DNA of 62,889 nucleotides, filler included, from Octopus bimaculoides (GCF_001194135.2; 8 parts of 8 records of this genome joined end to end with filler, not necessarily neighbours in it); one strand, 5' to 3'. Positions 12,300 to 24,215 are shown, numbered from the whole stretch's first letter. Notes: a model not told the origin generated them from the letters alone. Numbers and translations are program-made.

Positions 12300-13107
12300 T
12301 TGTGCGTGTGGGTGTATTGGTGTGTACGTGTGCATGTTTGCGTGTATATGTGTGTACGTGTATGTGTATATGCATATATTTATAGATATGCGTATGTATG
12401 CATATATATATATATGTATGCATATGTAAGTGTATATATTTATATGCATGTGTATGTATGTGTATGTATATATGTGTGAATATGTATAATTGTGTATATG
12501 TATATGTGTGTATATGTGTATATATATGCATGCATGCGTACGTGTTTAAACAGAAGTACGCAGACCTATATAATGGTGCATGCACACACATATATATGTA
12601 CATATGTGCGCGCGTGCATATCGATATACACCTCTTTCTTTCCTTCTCTCTGATTCCTCATCCCACACTATCACATTAGCCAGTACAATAAACACATCAG
12701 TCTATTTATAGAAACTTGACCATTCTTAGTATTCCGCTCACTTTAGAAACACCCCTCCTATACCTTCATCCGTACCCATCCCTTAGTGCCATTCTATCAT
12801 ATCACCCCACCGCACACATATTCATTACTTACATTCTTATCTCTTCCTACGCCTCCCCTACTCCTCTCCCATTCCCCCTCATAATATCTTGACCAGCAAA
12901 TAACACTGCTTTTTTCCCTTTCTTCCACTCTGTTTTCATTTCCTCTTCTTGTTCTCATTTTCTCATCCTCTTTCTTTCCTTCTTTTCTCACCTTTTCCTT
13001 TTAACTCTCTCATCATTTTAACATGCAACATCTGTTCTCACCTTTCTATCCACTTAATATTACCATTACATTCTCAAATTTTCATTCACACCAAAAGACC
13101 CTTTTGA

Positions 13108-13199
13108 ATGAACAGCACATGGAATCTACGTCCCCACACTTTCCATTTGTAATGATAAAATATGAACTCCTATTGGAATTTACATACCATGGAAAAGAA
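13108..13199 (+). promoter_or_regulatory. Two tandem degenerate SECIS-like hairpins (candidate)
   Basis: ATGAA-cagcacatgg-AA-(18 nt)-ccatttgtaa-TGAT (13108-13156, 7 of 10 helix II pairs) and ATGAA-ctcctattgg-AA-tttacata-ccatggaaa-AGAA (13162-13199). Confidence 0.3.
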
Positions 13200-13392
13200 G
13201 CATTTCTACGACTTCTAAGAACCACTTTTCTTGGATAATGGAACTGAAAATATAACATCTTTATTATTTTTTTTTTTGCTTTTTATTTCTACATTCATTT
13301 TCCTATTTCCCTATATACTCCTTATATCTTTCCTTTTCGAAATTAACACCATATATTGAACTCTAATATTTCCCTCTATTTAACCATCTCAC

Positions 13393-13446
13393 ATCGTCTT
13401 TGATGAAAGGATATCCTTAATATCCCAGAAACAGATGTAAGACTAT
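13393..13446 (+). ncRNA. Degenerate minimal type I hammerhead ribozyme of PLE pLTR type
   Basis: Stem I atcgtct/agactat; core TTGATGA (C3 changed to T); stem II ggata/tatcc; GAAA; short stem III ACA-GA-TGT; GTA cleavage triplet at 13437-13439. Confidence 0.7.
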
Positions 13447-13619
13447 CTTTCCCGTTATAAATTTCCTGAAAATTCCATGCAGCCTTGGTTTTGTTGTCTC
13501 ATTTTATTTAATATATATATACATACATAGATACATACATACATATATATATACATTCATATATATATATATATANNNNNNNNNNNNNNNNNNNNNNNNN
13601 NNNNNNNNNNNNNNNNNNN

Positions 13620-13631
13620 TTAATTAATTAA
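13620..13631. other. Assembly linker TTAATTAATTAA (six-frame stop spacer) inside N runs; also at 32468, 35357, 44621, 56765, 59223, 61693
   Basis: The identical 12-mer is embedded between N runs seven times; it is a palindrome with TAA in all six frames. Confidence 0.95.
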
Positions 13632-14027
13632 NNNNNNNNNNNNNNNNNNNNNNNNNNNNNNNNNNNNNNNNNNNNTGTATGTGTGTGTGTGTGTGTGTAT
13701 AATAATATTTATGTGAACAGAACGTGGCAGTATTATAAAGGATGATGTTATTGTTTTTATAGCCTCAGGAAAACATCTTTTCCAGCTGGCTATACAGACA
13801 AACTGTGTACCGATAGCCAACTAGAAAACATGTTTTCCTCTGGGCTATAACAACAGTAACATCGCCATTTATATGACTGCCACGTTCTGTTGGCATATAA
13901 ACATTACTGTTTCGTACTGTTACTGTATATCTCTCACACAAAGATTTAAAACAAGTTTTATATATATCTGTCAACTGCTTGACACTTATGAAATAATAGA
14001 ATTGCGACTGTAGCCGTTTTCAAGACA

Positions 14028-14060
<33 letters not shown>

Positions 14061-14253
14061 TATTATATANNNNNNNNNNNNNNNNNNNNNNNNNNNNNNN
14101 NNNNNNNNNNNNNNNNNNNNNNNNNNNNNNNNNNNNNNNNNNNNNNNNNNNNNNNNNNNNNNNNNNNNNNNNNNNNNNNNNNNNNNNNNNNNNNNNNNNN
14201 NNNNNNNNNNNNNNNNNNNNNNNNNNNNNNNNNNNNNNNNNNNNNNNNNNNNN

Positions 14254-14286
<33 letters not shown>

Positions 14287-14574
14287 TCTTTTCACTTTGT
14301 TATTGCTGCTGTTCTTGTCATTATTGTTGTTGCTGACGTTGTTTTTGTTCAGCGTCATACGTTTTCGTCTTTCTCGGGAACTCTCTTTAGAGTTTTATAA
14401 CAAGCTTCATGAGTAAACTTTGATATTTTAAAATTTTTGTACTCCCTTCTTCCTTGATCGATTTTTAAACACTGTACTGTTGAAAACTAGAGTGCATAAT
14501 TGCCATCCATCACTCTCTTTTAGCCACCTATTATCGCCTCATTCTTCTTCAATGCTTTCCTGAATCTTGCCATC

Positions 14575-14626
14575 GGCCCCGCCCCACTCCTCAAGGATAC
14601 GATACAGCCCACTTTGAGAGCTACTG
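14575..14626 (-). mobile_element. hAT/Charlie-like DNA transposon terminus remnant
   Basis: Minus strand reads cagtagctctcaaagtggg..., resembling the CAGTGGTTCTCAAAGTG-type TIR. Confidence 0.4.
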
Positions 14627-14649
14627 CTCTCATCGAACACTATGACCAG

Positions 14650-15145
14650 ACCATCTAAGTTGGCATTTCATAATCATGATCTCGATACTATTCATTTTTG
14701 CCAGCTGCAATACTCTCGTATCAGGTACATGAGATCCCCAAGAGATCTTCATGATATTACGCAAGCATCGCTAGTGTAAGCGAAATAGACGTTGGATATG
14801 CCTGCAGTAGATTGCATCGGTTTCGCATTGACACAACATCGCTGTTTAGGCACATGCTTGATTGACTTCAACTTTCGTTGGTGCTTTGACGTCCGATTGC
14901 AACCAGAACTTTGACTCAAGTTTTCCAAATGCATCACAAACGTTAGAAAGTCTACAACTGAACTCCTCGTCAAGTGTATTAAATTTAGATAGTGTGCACT
15001 CAAGGTCGACCAACGTATCCATGGCATTCAACTTTCTACCTTTGACATATGTCGATAGTGGGATAATGCCTTGCTTGGTGCTAGTTGTAGCTCAAAATCA
15101 TCACACGCGACTGAAAACCAGTTCACCAGAAGCCCATACATACAT
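14650..15145 (-). mobile_element. Older RTE LINE fragment (RT C-terminal part)
   Basis: NAMDTLVDLECTLSKFNTLDEEFSCRLSNVCDAFGKLESKFWLQSDVKAPTKVEV, homologous to the equivalent region of the adjacent younger RTE. Confidence 0.65.
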
Positions 15146-15149
15146 GATG

Positions 15150-17390
15150 GTCGTCCATTCATGACCGAGGAAGACCATTGCTGAACTTCAGAAATATTGC
15201 GCGCTCTAAGACTAACTCATATTTTGCATTTGCGGCTCCGTTGGTGGCTAATAAGCCCTGCTCTTGACAAGCATACACGACTGCAAACATTTCAAACCAA
15301 GCTTTCCCCATTCACTACACCAGTACGTTTTCGAGCAGCACGCTTAAGTTCTTCATGTAGAATACGTGCTCTCTCAAAGGTGTTAATCCCCTCCTTAACC
15401 TGCTTCCTCCATTTGTGGCAGTGACAGGCACTGCTCTCCCAGTCAGTCTCCTGCATATCACAGGCTTTTAATGAGGACTCGACAGTCCTTAAATCACAGC
15501 CTTGGTTTCTGCCGGGGGTCTCTTTCCATAAACAAGTTCCCCATATAGCATCTGCTTAGGGATCCTGTTATCCTTCATTCTAATAAGGTGTCCAGTCCAA
15601 CGTAACCGGTGCTTGTGCACCATCGCCTCAATACACAAGATCTCAACTGTCCTCAGGACCTATGTTTCAGGAGTTTTAAGGTCCAGTCAACATTCAGAAT
15701 GTGTCTGAGACATCTCATGAAAGCGTTCAAGGGCCCTTACATGACTTCTGTAAAGAGCCCCTGTCTCACATAAGTAAAGGAACGATGTCAGTACACATGC
15801 CCGGTACATAGCAATTTTGTTTACTTTGTGATGTCATGTTGGGACCAGACACGAGACTGAAGAGACCGGAAGAAATCAGCTGCTCTCTGCAGCCTGAAAG
15901 ATATTTCATCAGCCAGGGAGCAAGAACGGCTGAGTGTGCTGCCCAGGTAGACAAACTTGTCTACCGCTTTCAGAATTGTTCCTTCAAGCAAGATAGCTGG
16001 TTCCACATATGGATTTCCTGGTGCAGGCTGGAACATTACAACAGTCTTGTCCAGGATAATGCTGAGTCCAAATGCCTTGCAAGAAGCAGAAATGCAATTC
16101 ATAAGTATTTGCATGTCATCCACTGTACGAGTGACTAAGTCACAGTCATCTGCATAAAGGAGGTCACGAATAAGAGACCGAAAAACTTTTGAATTGGCAA
16201 CAAATCGGCGCAGATTAAAGAGGCGGCCAGAAGATCGATACCTGACATATATTCCCAGAGAGCTAACCTTAGCAAAAGCATGAGTAAAAGCAGCAGCAAA
16301 GTACAAAGAAAAGAGAGTTGGAGCAAGAATGTCACCCTGCTTGACACCATTCTCTACAGGATTGGGTCTCGCCATGCCACCACCAACATTGACCCAAGCT
16401 TCCATCCCATCATGAAATGATTTAATTATAGATAAAAAGTGATCCGGACATCCAAGTTTGCCAAATACTTTCCTATTCACAGTATCAAAGACCTTCATCA
16501 AATCAATGAATACCTGGACAAGATCCATATTCTGCTCATAGCACTTCTCCTGCATCTGTCTTGCTGTGAAAATCATATCCATTGTCCCTCTACCAGATCG
16601 GAAGCCACACTGAGATTCAGATACGACATCATTTACGAGACACCCATTCAGGCGAGTAAGAAGAATATTTACCAGAACCTTGCCAGCAGCTGATAATAGA
16701 GCGATACCTCTGTAGTTACCACACGTTGTTCTGACTCCTTTTCCTTTATAGTGAGGAAGAATAATTGCATCCTTCCAGTCCTTAGGCATTGCACCATCCC
16801 TCCACATTACACTAATAAGTTCATGAAGGGAATGTATGATGTAATCCCCACCAAATCGCAAGATTTCAACACAAATTCCATCCTTTCCAGGTGCCCTTCC
16901 AAGATTCAATTTACTTATTGATGTCATTACCTCATCTATTGGTGGAGTGGAATTTAAGAAGCCAAGGATAGGTCTTTGTTGCATAGTATCAATCTCTGCT
17001 TCATCCACAACTGACTCATAGTTTAGGAGTTCAGAGAAGTGTTCAATCCAGTGACCTATGATTTCTGTTGATTTAGTAAATATAGTAGAAGACTCCTTGG
17101 AAAGCAAAGGAACTGATCCAAAGCTCTTAGGCCCACAAACTTGCTTCATATGATGGTAAAGCTTCTTGCTGTCATTTGCATCAGCAGCAGCCTGAACGTC
17201 ACGAGCAAGATCTTCCTACCAAGTGTTCTGCATCTTCCTGAGAGATTGCTGCGGTAGTGATTTTACAATACTATAGTGGAAAACTGCTAGATTTCGCTCA
17301 CAGCTGAAAGTCCTCTGTGCAGCAATACATTGTGGGCATTGCGCTTTACAGCCAATAGTCACTGAACTTCAGCATCATTTTCATCAAAAA
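15150..17390 (-). mobile_element. RTE-clade LINE, 5'-truncated, with a long open RT frame
   Basis: ORF 15821-17149 (442 aa): GRAPGKDGI, NYRGIALLSAAGKVL, ESQCGFRSGRGTMDMIFTARQMQEKC, FIDLMKVFDTVNR, GVKQGDILAPTLFSLYF, LLYADDCDL, FVYLGSTLS. C-terminal CSRVCLSRAGLISHQR and a short 3' UTR near 15150. Confidence 0.95.
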
Positions 17391-17474
17391 TCTAAATAAA
17401 TATATAAATATATATTAAAAATAAAGATATATGTATACCGAAAATAAAATAAATATACATAGGAAAAAAAAGCA

Positions 17475-17645
17475 GCACATGCTGAGCAGGGGTCAGCAAT
17501 GCCTGTGCTTAGCGGCATTTATTCTGGCTATTTACGTTCTGACTTCAATACCGCCGATCCGACTTTGTTTTGCATCCTTTCGGAGTCGTTGAAATAAATA
17601 CCGGTTGAATACTGCGGTCGATATAATCAATTTACCACACCCATG
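17475..17645 (+). mobile_element. Diverged tRNA-derived SINE (ttacgttctgagttcaaat...gactttgcctttcatcctttcggggtcga family)
   Basis: Similar to the better copies at 40263, 42733 and 61935. Confidence 0.6.
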
Positions 17646-18597
17646 AAAATTGTTGAACTTAAGTAAAAATTAGAAACTATTAATTAGGTTATCATGCAAA
17701 TTTTGCTCTTTGGAGAGGGACACCTACAATCGTTATAAAATCTTTTTTTCATTCACTTTGTATGTCAGGCAGCAAGCACCAGAGAACTGTAATTTCCGAG
17801 CGAGATATTACTAACACAGACTCCATTAGTAGTCAAGTCATTTCATTTCAATTACTTCTTCCGCTTGCAATAATAGAACATAACCATTTACCTCGTAATA
17901 AGTGGGTAGAGTGGGGTTGCTTTGTTTCTAATGCATCATTGGTTTGTTTGTTTTTTATATTACAGTTCGTAAATAAATTTACAAATGTACGGTTAATAGA
18001 CATACAACACTGTGAGAATTAGACCGACGATTAAAGCACCTGGCATTTTTTGCAGGATGTTGTTAAGAATATACTCTACTAATTTCGTCGTCACTACCAG
18101 CTCATTAGCTGAGAGAGGGAGAAAGAGAGAGAGAGAGACAAAGAGAGAGACAAACAGCAAGAAAGAGGACAGTTGTTTACAGCGGCCTATGGAAATTAAA
18201 TGCCGTGATCAATCAGCATGCTTTACATTATTTGCATAGCAGTATATTCATTAGTGTCACGGATTAATTAAATAAAGTTCTGCGAATTAGAGTGTTTGGG
18301 GAATAGGTTTGGGGGACAATAAAAAGCCATAAAGGTTGTTCAGAGCACTTTAGATAAGTAGTTGCAAGAAGCTACACACATGCACACACGCATGCATACA
18401 CACACATACGTAGGAACTTTATTTACAAACTTATTCAGACACTTTCCCAACAGTACAGAAACCCAAACTTTCTATTGAAGTTTACACGAGGCTTTCTTTT
18501 TCTTAAGTTCAAGGATTTCGACATTTTAAGAAACATATGTTATTCTAAATATGTCAAATACTTTTCATGTAACTGATGTTTTTGGATTATATTCTAG

Positions 18598-18691
18598 GCT
18601 GTCATCACATTATTGTCAACATTTATTTTGGTCTCACTCAGTATTGATCGTCTCCATGCAATTGCAAGACCAATGAGATTTTCACAAAGCT
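18598..18691 (+). CDS. CCAP-R: CCAP/neuropeptide S receptor-family GPCR, exon encoding TM3-ICL2 (94 nt, phase 0 to 1)
   Basis: Acceptor attctAG at 18596-18597, donor GTAAGT at 18692. Encodes AVITLLSTFILVSLSIDRLHAIARPMRFSQS, matching the STYVLVxLSIDRYxAIxxPMxF signature of CCAP-R/NPSR. Confidence 0.9.
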
Positions 18692-19195
18692 GTAAGTATT
18701 CCTTTCCGTTCTCAGTATTTTAGAACAATTGTCGTTTTCGCCACGAAACTGCTTACCCTGACTGAATCGGCTGTGCGTCGAATAAAATAAACTAGTGTTT
18801 TAAACATTACTTTTTAATTTGTAAATTTGTAAATTTTCTTATGGATAGAGTTTGGATATCTTCCGATTTATAATTAATGTTTTCTTGTTTAGTTACATAT
18901 ACTACTTCATGGTAGGAAGTTTGTATCACATTACTATTACTGTATTTAAATATAGTTTAAATGTAACATTACGTTATCTATCCATGTCATACATACATAC
19001 ATACATACATACATACATACATACATACATACATACTTAAAACATGGCGTCGACTACAGACACGTTGGCACAGAGGGTAAGAAACTGTACTCCGGAATAG
19101 ACTGGCCAGTTCGTTTTCGTCGACGTCTAGAGTCTCCCTGAGAACGCCGTCGCTCTTCTCCGTCACTACATAATAATAATAATAATAATAATAAT

Positions 19196-19385
19196 GACTT
19201 TCTAATTTCGGAACAAAAATCAGGACGTTTCAGGGAAAGGGCTATCGATTATATTGACCCTAATGGTACTTTATTTTATGGAATCCGAAAGGATAAAAGG
19301 CTAAGTTGATCCAGCGAGATTTGAACTCACCGTGTAAAGAGCCGAAACATATACCCCACCGCATTTAGTTCAATGCTCTCTTAAT
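19196..19385 (-). mobile_element. Diverged tRNA-derived SINE
   Basis: Reverse complement of the same family as 17475 and 40263. Confidence 0.6.
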
Positions 19386-19578
19386 TATAGCCATAGTTCT
19401 TTTGTATCTAAGTAAGTTTAACTGAGAACAATGACAGTACAATGAGGTGCAAGTACTCTAGAGTGAGTTCTTGAGTAGTACGGCGTGTTGTATATTTATT
19501 TTTAGCATAAAGAAAAATAAAACAAACAATGAAACTTAACTCTACTCATTTAAAGCAATATTATTTTTCTTCTTGCAG

Positions 19579-19721
19579 CTCGCCTCAGCAAGCTATTGGT
19601 GACCAGTGCATGGGTGTTTGCAGTGATTTTACCAACTCCTCTGATGATATTTACAGAACAAATAGACATATGTATTGATAATTATCAATGCTGGATGAAC
19701 CTCCCAAAGTATATGTGGAAG
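19579..19721 (+). CDS. CCAP-R: CCAP/NPS receptor-family GPCR, exon encoding TM4-ECL2 (143 nt, phase 1 to 0)
   Basis: Acceptor tttttcttcttgcAG, donor GTATTC at 19722. In frame with the previous exon: (S)RLSKLLVTSAWVFAVILPTPLMIFTEQIDICIDNYQCWMNLPKYMWK, with TM4 W4.50, TM4 proline and ECL2 QCW. Confidence 0.9.
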
Positions 19722-20009
19722 GTATTCTTAAACAAGATTTTCGTATTAATTTAAATTTATTTGGCAACTGTTGTTAAACAATATAGATTCTCCCTTACTA
19801 TAACCTCTTGGGAAACGAATGCAATCAAAATTCTCGGCAGCCATAAACCTTACAAGATACAGTTGAAAGAGTAAGGAATTAAACCTGCTGGAATCTGTCT
19901 TCCAACAGATAATTTCAATTACGTTTTCGATGAAAGAATTATAGATTTGTTGACTGGAAAATACAATGGAATTTAGTAAAATATAACGAAAATTTTCTGG
20001 GTTTCAAAG

Positions 20010-20580
20010 ATGTGTGCTACTTTTGAGATTGTTTCATACTCAGGCAGACTGCTGATGTGATCTGCTTTAGTGAAGTAAACTTTTGAAAAACTTAGGTTGA
20101 TCAAAAATGCTTGGCCAGTTCCATCAGAAGCGCTTCTTCTAAAGTTAGATGACACCAAATCTTTGATAATTGTCTAGTTTTTTTTTATAATCTGGAAGCA
20201 AGATGCAGGGTTCCATTTGTTAAAGGTCATAAGTAGCTAGTTGCCTAAAGAATCTCTCGACTGAGCTGTAGCTGCAGTTCATACGGGAGCTGATAGTCCA
20301 CACTGTTCAAGATTCTTGCTAGCTATTGATTGAATCATATTTTCCCTGAGGGTAAGTAATTAACTGTATATGGCACTGGTGAACCCTTCGTATGTAAGAT
20401 CATGTTGTCTTGATGATTATACCAAAGTTTTTAAGGATTGGATAGGGAAAATGCTTAGAAAATGACAGTGTGAAGATTGTGTGACTGAAGCCTCTTCCAA
20501 TGCACTATTCCAGTCTGCATCGAATTCTGAGAGGCTTTTTCATCTGGAAAGATTCGTAGCATATTTCACAGACATATTGA
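20010..20580 (-). mobile_element. Ancient Helitron RepHel remnant (region just before and including the Pif1-like helicase Walker A)
   Basis: Frameshifted peptides DADWNSALEEASVTQS, FSLSNP*KLWYNHQDNM, SREIL*ATSY, MEPCILLPDYK, ASDGTGQAFLINLSFSKV in the order expected for Helitron W..AL.EA...S / SNP..LW..YKD.M / APGGTGKTFLINLLLAKV. Confidence 0.7.
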
Positions 20581-23500
20581 CTGATTTGGACTATTAATAT
20601 TGAGTAGGAACTGTCCGAGATTTAAATAATTATCAAAATTTTCATTCAAAATTTATATCTTCAAAAAGTTAGCAGGCGGTTTCAAATAGCATAGAGAGTA
20701 ATTATTGTTTCACATTTAAATTTGTATCTATTAATATCAAATCATGCTTCCCTAAAGTGCTCCATCAGTATCTGCAACAGCATTGGGATACACTTATATT
20801 TCATACAAAACATATAGACAGTATATATATCGGAGCGATATCATTACTAAAATTCAATAACATAAATTATAGAAAATATTCTTTCCTTTTCTTTATGCTT
20901 AAATTATATTTCTCTATAATATGCAAGTATTAAATTTTATGAATCGGACTGCTAAATTTTATACGATTATAAAAATTTGAAATATATTTAAGCTTTATGT
21001 AAAAATTAACAATACTATTTACAGAGTGTATAATCTTATCGTTTTAGATAATTTAAACAAATTTATATGTAAAACTTAAAGATAAAAATTGTGAAGATGT
21101 TATGATAGTGGAAGAGGAGAAACACTGAAACTAACTTGTCGGTTTAGAAGAAACATGAGAAAGATTTGTTAATAATATAACTATAAAAGAACTGATCATC
21201 TTCTATAAAGTTTACTGTAGCATGTTCGCGGGTTTTATGAATTACAATTTGAAAAAAGATTCATAATTTCATAAGTTTCAGTTGAAATGTTTATAAATCT
21301 TTAGTTCATATATTTCAGAGTTTTGTAGTGCTAGAAGTACATAAAGCTATTTTATACGAAGATTTGTTCTTATGAGAATACAAATAGCCATGTCGATAGC
21401 GTACTGAATAATCAGACGAGTAGTTGGTTCGTATCATATACCGGTACTGCGATGTATCCCTAACCAAAACACTTTGCTTTCAATTACCGGGTCCACCCAA
21501 GTCTAAGTATGTGCCTTATGGTGAAGTATCATATTGTTGTAATCAGCTATATCCCTTTAAAAGGAATAGTGAATCATTGACTTCCAGATTCTTTGTTCAA
21601 GTTAGCCAGTGATAAGATTTCCTGCGGTAATTTCTCATTCGTCTAAATCTATGGGAATTAAACACAGATACCTATCAGATGAATTACCGAAGAGCTCACT
21701 CGTCTGATTTAATGAAATTCTCCCTTTAAAGCTATATCCACTCAATTGTTAAATAGATTTTATGTATTCACTGTCCTAAATTAATGTATCTGTCAGTAAA
21801 TTCAACATGTGTCTTTAAAGTCTAGTACTCGCGGCCTGAACGTAGAATACTCTGACTTGGGGCTCTGGATACTGTTTGCTCTTAAGTACTCGGTCAGTTA
21901 CTTTTCTAACATGTATCTACAAAAGCATAACAGACGAAGTCTACAAGAACATTTTTCTGTTACAAGATATCTACAATACCTGATTCTAAATAGTATTATG
22001 TTTCGATTTGAACTCATTTTTGTTGTGAATTTGAGTAATCTTTCTTTCTATGTAATTGTTACTGTACCTCATTTCCCTTTTTTGCTCTACCTCTTCATAA
22101 AGTTATCTTATTTCCCTTCAGAAATTTCATTCGAAATGGTTTCCTCTTGTGCTACAGTTTGAAAATATTAAAACTCAATACAAAACATGATTACACGCTG
22201 TATTGCCACATTGTATTTATTTCTATTCTTTCTTTTCTTTTTATTTTATATAAATTATTCTATCACAATAACTGTGTAATATATTGTTTTCATTTTTTGA
22301 TGCATATTGCAGTCACTTTAATAACGTTTTTAAGTAAGATAATAATAGCTGAGCATATTTGAACAATATATTGAGCACCATCTTTCTTTGTATAGAAAGT
22401 TTTTACTATATTTTCTATTAAAATACAGACAAAAGTGTAAATTATTTTATTTTAATAAATTGGAAATCTTTCATTCGAAAGTTGTAATTAGATATAACAA
22501 TTTAAATATCCATAAATAAAATATTTGTTTCATCTTAGGAGAGTTGAAGCCAAATATTGCTGTTTTCCTTCTACATAAAGCATCGACATTAAGTTTAGTG
22601 AATATATAGTTGTTTTGGTTTTTATTTCATTTATATGTTTAACAAATGTCTTCATGTAGTACTATTGATTATGTGGTATGTAACAGAAAAATGTTGAAGT
22701 TTTATGAATGTCATTCTGTACAACACCATATTGTACTTCTCGTGAAGTAAATAAAGTGCCAAAGTACAGCTTTCCATTTTTAAACTTGCCAGAACCAACT
22801 TTAGCTAATTTAATCTGTTTTCAGTAATTTGTATTTATAAAATATTGATAGAAATAATACTAATTACTGGCCATAATAATATTAATACATGAACTGAAAT
22901 TTTATGCAATTTTTTCACGCTGTGATTTTAGCTGCAAACAAATAAAGAATTGAAAAAAATTCTGCTATTTGCGCATAAATAATTGTTTTTTGTCTGGGAT
23001 AATAAAACCATTCTAAATTTTATTTATATCATGTGATCGATCCTGACTCCTTTTGATTAGATGCTAGACTTCTGAGATAGTGTAAGACATTCATTATAAT
23101 TGTAAATATTTCAGAAAGTCAACTCTATAAGGATATGATTATTGTGAATGTTATCAGAACAATTAACTAGATACCTAAGAATAGAATCATTAAATTAAAA
23201 TTCCCACTAAATTACAGTCTTGTGTTTTCTTTGTTTGATATTCTGATTGAATTCGCGACCTTTTCCGGCAGGATGCCAGTGGTAATTAACTGTGTCTTTC
23301 TTTTCAAATAGAGTAATATATAATCTATCTCCGGTTGTAGTCTCCAAGAAAGATAAAATCTCGATATGCACGGGTTTTAAACTTCTACCAGAGAAATCTT
23401 TTTCTCTAAGTTTGTATTAGATCTCATTGGAATACGAAATTGATTTCATTATTGCAAACATTCATCTTAAGAAAGAAGGATGTAGAATTTAAATTATTAA

Positions 23501-24009
23501 ATGAAGTTTGCATTTGTGTTTATAGCTATTTGAAAAGTATTGTTGAAGCATTAATCGTTAAAAACAGACATAACAATTAACAATGATATGCGGGAATTAG
23601 TACCTTCAGCGTCTTGTTAGTATAAAAATATTAAATTTACAGTTTATGAAGATTCAGTTCTTTCCAATCGTCATTTATTACATTTGGATTTGAAATGAAT
23701 AAAACATATCGGGTATAATCTTTATTTCGTGGAGAAATCATAGTTTATATAATTTGATTTATTGTTCAGCTGAACATTAAATTATGTTTAAAATAACAAA
23801 AATATTACAATTTCTAGGTACTAACGAGAAAATGTCACTTGATAAATTGGATACTGGTAAAATTGGACCATTATCTGGCAAGTTAATATTTTAACAAGTA
23901 ACAAAGAAAATATCAGCTATACATAATTTCATTTCCAATAATCTTTTAACAGGATTTAACTGCGCAAATTTTATGTAGTAGGACGTTGCTAATAATGAGT
24001 TTATGGGTT

Positions 24010-24215
24010 AATGTGGTGTGCTGGCACAATTGTTAACCCATTGGGCAACATGCTTACCGACATTTTGTTCGCCTTTACGTTGTGAGTTCAAATTTCGTCG
24101 AAGGCGACTTTTTTTTATCTTTTGTGGGGCAATAAAACAAGTACCAGTTGAACACGGGAGTCCATGTAATCGACTTACACCTCTCCGGAAATTTCTGGCT
24201 TTGTGCTGAAATTTG
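24010..24215 (+). mobile_element. Diverged tRNA-derived SINE
   Basis: ttacgttgtgagttcaaatttcgtcga...aagtaccagttgaacac...gtaatcgactta matches the family. Confidence 0.55.

Noticed and set aside
13620-13631. TTAATTAATTAA recurring seven times (13620, 32468, 35357, 44621, 56765, 59223, 61693) as a possible regulatory or recombination motif
   Set aside because: Always embedded between N runs. It is a six-frame-stop scaffolding linker, so adjacency across these points is not sequence-verified.
13740-13980. Short ORFs on both strands near 13765-13974 as a candidate exon
   Set aside because: No recognisable domain and no consistent splice signals or frame linking to the GPCR.
21660-21720. ccgaagagctcactcg resembling the 58750 hammerhead stem II
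   Set aside because: No GAAAC at the right distance; similarity is too short.
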